From assembly GCA_938009235.1 (NCBI GenBank), contig CALLIK010000004.1, positions 365,725 to 429,724 of the forward strand: DNA of 64,000 nucleotides. Reading direction: 5' to 3'. Source of the DNA: an uncultured Caulobacterales bacterium. GTDB lineage: Bacteria; Pseudomonadota; Alphaproteobacteria; Caulobacterales; Maricaulaceae. The position numbers were made by a program, and so were the translations under genes. Below, one piece after another: positions 61,714 to 64,000 of the stretch. The first letter of the stretch is position 1. The number at the start of each line of letters is the position of its first letter. The notes below the pieces were generated by a model. That model was not told where the DNA came from and did no database searches. It saw only the letters and a list, made by a program, of their open reading frames with translations.

Positions 61714-63069
61714 ATGAAAAACTTACTCCCCCTTATCCTCCCTCTAACGGCTTTAGCTGCGTGCCAAGCAAAAGAGGATACAGCTTCAGATACTGATAAA
61801 TCCGAAGTGGCCTTTGCGAGCACATACGCACCTCAAGCCTCACCTGATATGTTGCTCAAAAATGCAAAGATCATTGATGGCGTTAGCAACGAAATACGTG
61901 AGGGTGACATCCTTATCTCTGAAGGCAGAATAAGCTACGTTGGATCTGGCAGCATACCAGAGGGAATAAAACAGATAGATGTAGACGGTCGTTTTGTGAC
62001 CCCGGGAATCATCGACATTCATTCCCATCTGGGAAACTATCCATCACCTGGTGTGCAAGCCAATGGCGACGGTAATGAAGTCACAAGCCCAATCACATCC
62101 GAAGTTTTTGCGGAACATGGCGTTTGGCCACAAGACCCAGGCTTTGATGAAGCCCTGCAAGGTGGCGTAACAACCCTGCACATTCTACCCGGCTCTGCAA
62201 ACCTGTTTGGTGGACGTGGCGTCACCTTACGCAATATGCCGTCACATACGGTTCAAGGCATGAAATTTCCTAATGCACCTTACACTTTGAAAATGGCCTG
62301 CGGAGAGAACCCTAAACGTGTCTACGGCAGTAAAGGTGGCCCAGGCTCGCGAATGGGCAATGTTGCGGGTTATCGCAAAAATTGGATTAAAGCAGCGGCC
62401 TATAAGGTAAAACGAGATAAAGGCGGTGATTATGATCGCGACCTTCAACTTGAAACGCTTGCTGATGTTTTAGACGGAAAAATTCTAGTTCAAATGCATT
62501 GTTACCGTGCGGATGAGATGATTCAAATTCTCGATATCGCCAAAGAATTTGACTACAAAGTTACCACTTTCCATCACGCCGTTGAAGCCTACAAAATTGG
62601 CCCTGAACTTGCCGCAAGTGATACATGTGCTGCGATGTGGGCCGATTGGGGCGCGTTCAAAATGGAAAGCTTTGATTACATCAATGAAAACGTTCCCTTT
62701 GTCCATGCAGCAGGTGCCTGCGCGATGATTCATTCCGATGACCCAAACAATGTCCAACGACTCAACCAAGAAGTCGCAAAGACTTGGGCTGACGGAAACC
62801 GCGCAGGATTAAACATTTCAAAAGCTGAAGCCTGGAAGTGGTTATCGACTAACCCAGCTAAAGCCCTAGGTATATTGGAAGAAACGGGAACATTGGAAGA
62901 AGGCAAGCGGGCAGACATCGTAATTTGGGACGGTGATCCCTTCTCCACATACGGTCGCCCAAGTACAGTCATGCTTGATGGTGCCATTCTGTTTGATCGA
63001 AAAACTGGACTTAAACCAATGAGCGATTTTCGTTTAGGCTATAGCGATCTATCAGGAGACTTGAAATGA
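61714..63069 (+). CDS. Amidohydrolase, probable lipoprotein
   Basis: Lipobox LAAC; PGIIDIHSH, KMACGENPK, HCYR, HSDD, NPAKALG. Confidence 0.9.
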   Translation: MKNLLPLILPLTALAACQAKEDTASDTDKSEVAFASTYAPQASPDMLLKNAKIIDGVSNEIREGDILISEGRISYVGSGSIPEGIKQIDVDGRFVTPGIIDIHSHLGNYPSPGVQANGDGNEVTSPITSEVFAEHGVWPQDPGFDEALQGGVTTLHILPGSANLFGGRGVTLRNMPSHTVQGMKFPNAPYTLKMACGENPKRVYGSKGGPGSRMGNVAGYRKNWIKAAAYKVKRDKGGDYDRDLQLETLADVLDGKILVQMHCYRADEMIQILDIAKEFDYKVTTFHHAVEAYKIGPELAASDTCAAMWADWGAFKMESFDYINENVPFVHAAGACAMIHSDDPNNVQRLNQEVAKTWADGNRAGLNISKAEAWKWLSTNPAKALGILEETGTLEEGKRADIVIWDGDPFSTYGRPSTVMLDGAILFDRKTGLKPMSDFRLGYSDLSGDLK

Positions 63070-64000
63070 GAGCACTTCTAATCACATCCGCTTTGGTTTT
63101 TGTTGCGCCTTCTGCCTTTGCTCAAACACTATTCCTCGACAATGCCACAGTTGTGGATGCGAATGGCGCGCAAAGCCAAATGGACATTATCCTTAAGGAT
63201 GGAAATATTAGGCAACGCGGCGCAGAAATACCCGCTCCGGCAGGCGCAGATACCGTCACAGGCGCTTGGGTCACACCTGGGCTTTTTGCTTCCATGTCAT
63301 CCTTAGGTCTCACCGATATTGGATCGACAGGTCCTGGCAATGATGTCTCATCAGAGACGTCTAAGACAAATGTCTCGGAGCGCGCTGTAGACAGCTTCAA
63401 TCCACGCTCAATACATATTCCAAATGTTCGCCAAAGCGGCGTCACCCACGCTCTAGTAGCTCCCCGAAGCGGTGGTAATAGCATTTTCGCAGGCACAGGC
63501 GCGATTGTGTCTTTGACGGGCGAATTCGACTCCGTCTTAAAGTCAGACGCCTTTGTTATGGTAGACTTAGGTGAAACAGGAACGATACGTGCCGGCGGCT
63601 CTCGAGCGGCGGCCATGGCGCAACTTCGAGCAGCGATTTATGATGCTGATGGTTTTTTCAAAAGATATGCGAACGATCCAACGGGCGGCGATGTTTTATC
63701 CCGTCAAGACGCGTTAGCGTTCAATCGAGCCACACGTGGAGACATTCCGATGGTTGTGCGGGTTAATCGTGCAGCAGACATCATGCGCCTAATCGACATA
63801 AAACAAACATCCAAATCCTTAGACATAATCATTGTCGGCGCCGCGGAAGCTTGGGAAGTCGCGGACGCGCTTGCTAAGAACAACATTCGCGTCATTATTG
63901 ATCCATTAGAAAATTTACCTAGCGCATTCGAAAGCGTTGGAGCCAGACTGGATAATGTGGCCTTCCTTGAAAAAGCCGGTGTTGATTACGCCATTGCAAA
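63066..64000 (+). CDS. Second amidohydrolase-family protein, truncated by window end (absent from the ORF track)
   Basis: ATG at 63066 overlaps the upstream stop; translates MRALLITSALVFVAPSAFAQ...WVTPGLFASMSSLG. Confidence 0.8.
   Translation, partial: MRALLITSALVFVAPSAFAQTLFLDNATVVDANGAQSQMDIILKDGNIRQRGAEIPAPAGADTVTGAWVTPGLFASMSSLGLTDIGSTGPGNDVSSETSKTNVSERAVDSFNPRSIHIPNVRQSGVTHALVAPRSGGNSIFAGTGAIVSLTGEFDSVLKSDAFVMVDLGETGTIRAGGSRAAAMAQLRAAIYDADGFFKRYANDPTGGDVLSRQDALAFNRATRGDIPMVVRVNRAADIMRLIDIKQTSKSLDIIIVGAAEAWEVADALAKNNIRVIIDPLENLPSAFESVGARLDNVAFLEKAGVDYAIA

Noticed and set aside
63122..63895. Minus-strand ORFs near the window end
   Set aside because: Antisense to the real plus-strand amidohydrolase starting at 63066

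Overview
Chromosomal segment of a marine-type alphaproteobacterium, probably Caulobacterales/Hyphomonadales-like. This is inferred from ShpA-, TipN- and LmdC/bactofilin-like genes, CtrA-type boxes and the rpoZ-spoT-pyrE-pdxJ-acpS-lepB-rnc-era-recO-parC order. Most of the window is core genome: kbl-tdh, alpha-2-macroglobulin/pbpC, rluD-rpoH, an iscR-suf operon, anmK/tyrS, a YhdP-like gene, bcp, smpB-dapA, slt and aat. I saw no rRNA, tRNA, CRISPR array, transposase or phage genes. Three non-routine signals stand out. (1) Two secreted paralogues of unrecognised family (13092-13958, 21123-21968), one coupled to a pilus-chaperone-like gene (20300-21136), with CtrA-type boxes upstream of both loci: a candidate undescribed cell-cycle-regulated fibre system. 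(2) A suf operon interleaved with seven small, mostly translationally coupled passenger genes, one flanked by an exact 20-bp direct repeat carrying an RBS and start codon. (3) A crtE-ABC exporter-crtW-crtZ operon, suggesting a dedicated carotenoid transporter. All product calls come from my reading of the translations; no database search was run. Starts were adjusted from the ORF track where overlaps or motifs suggest a better one.
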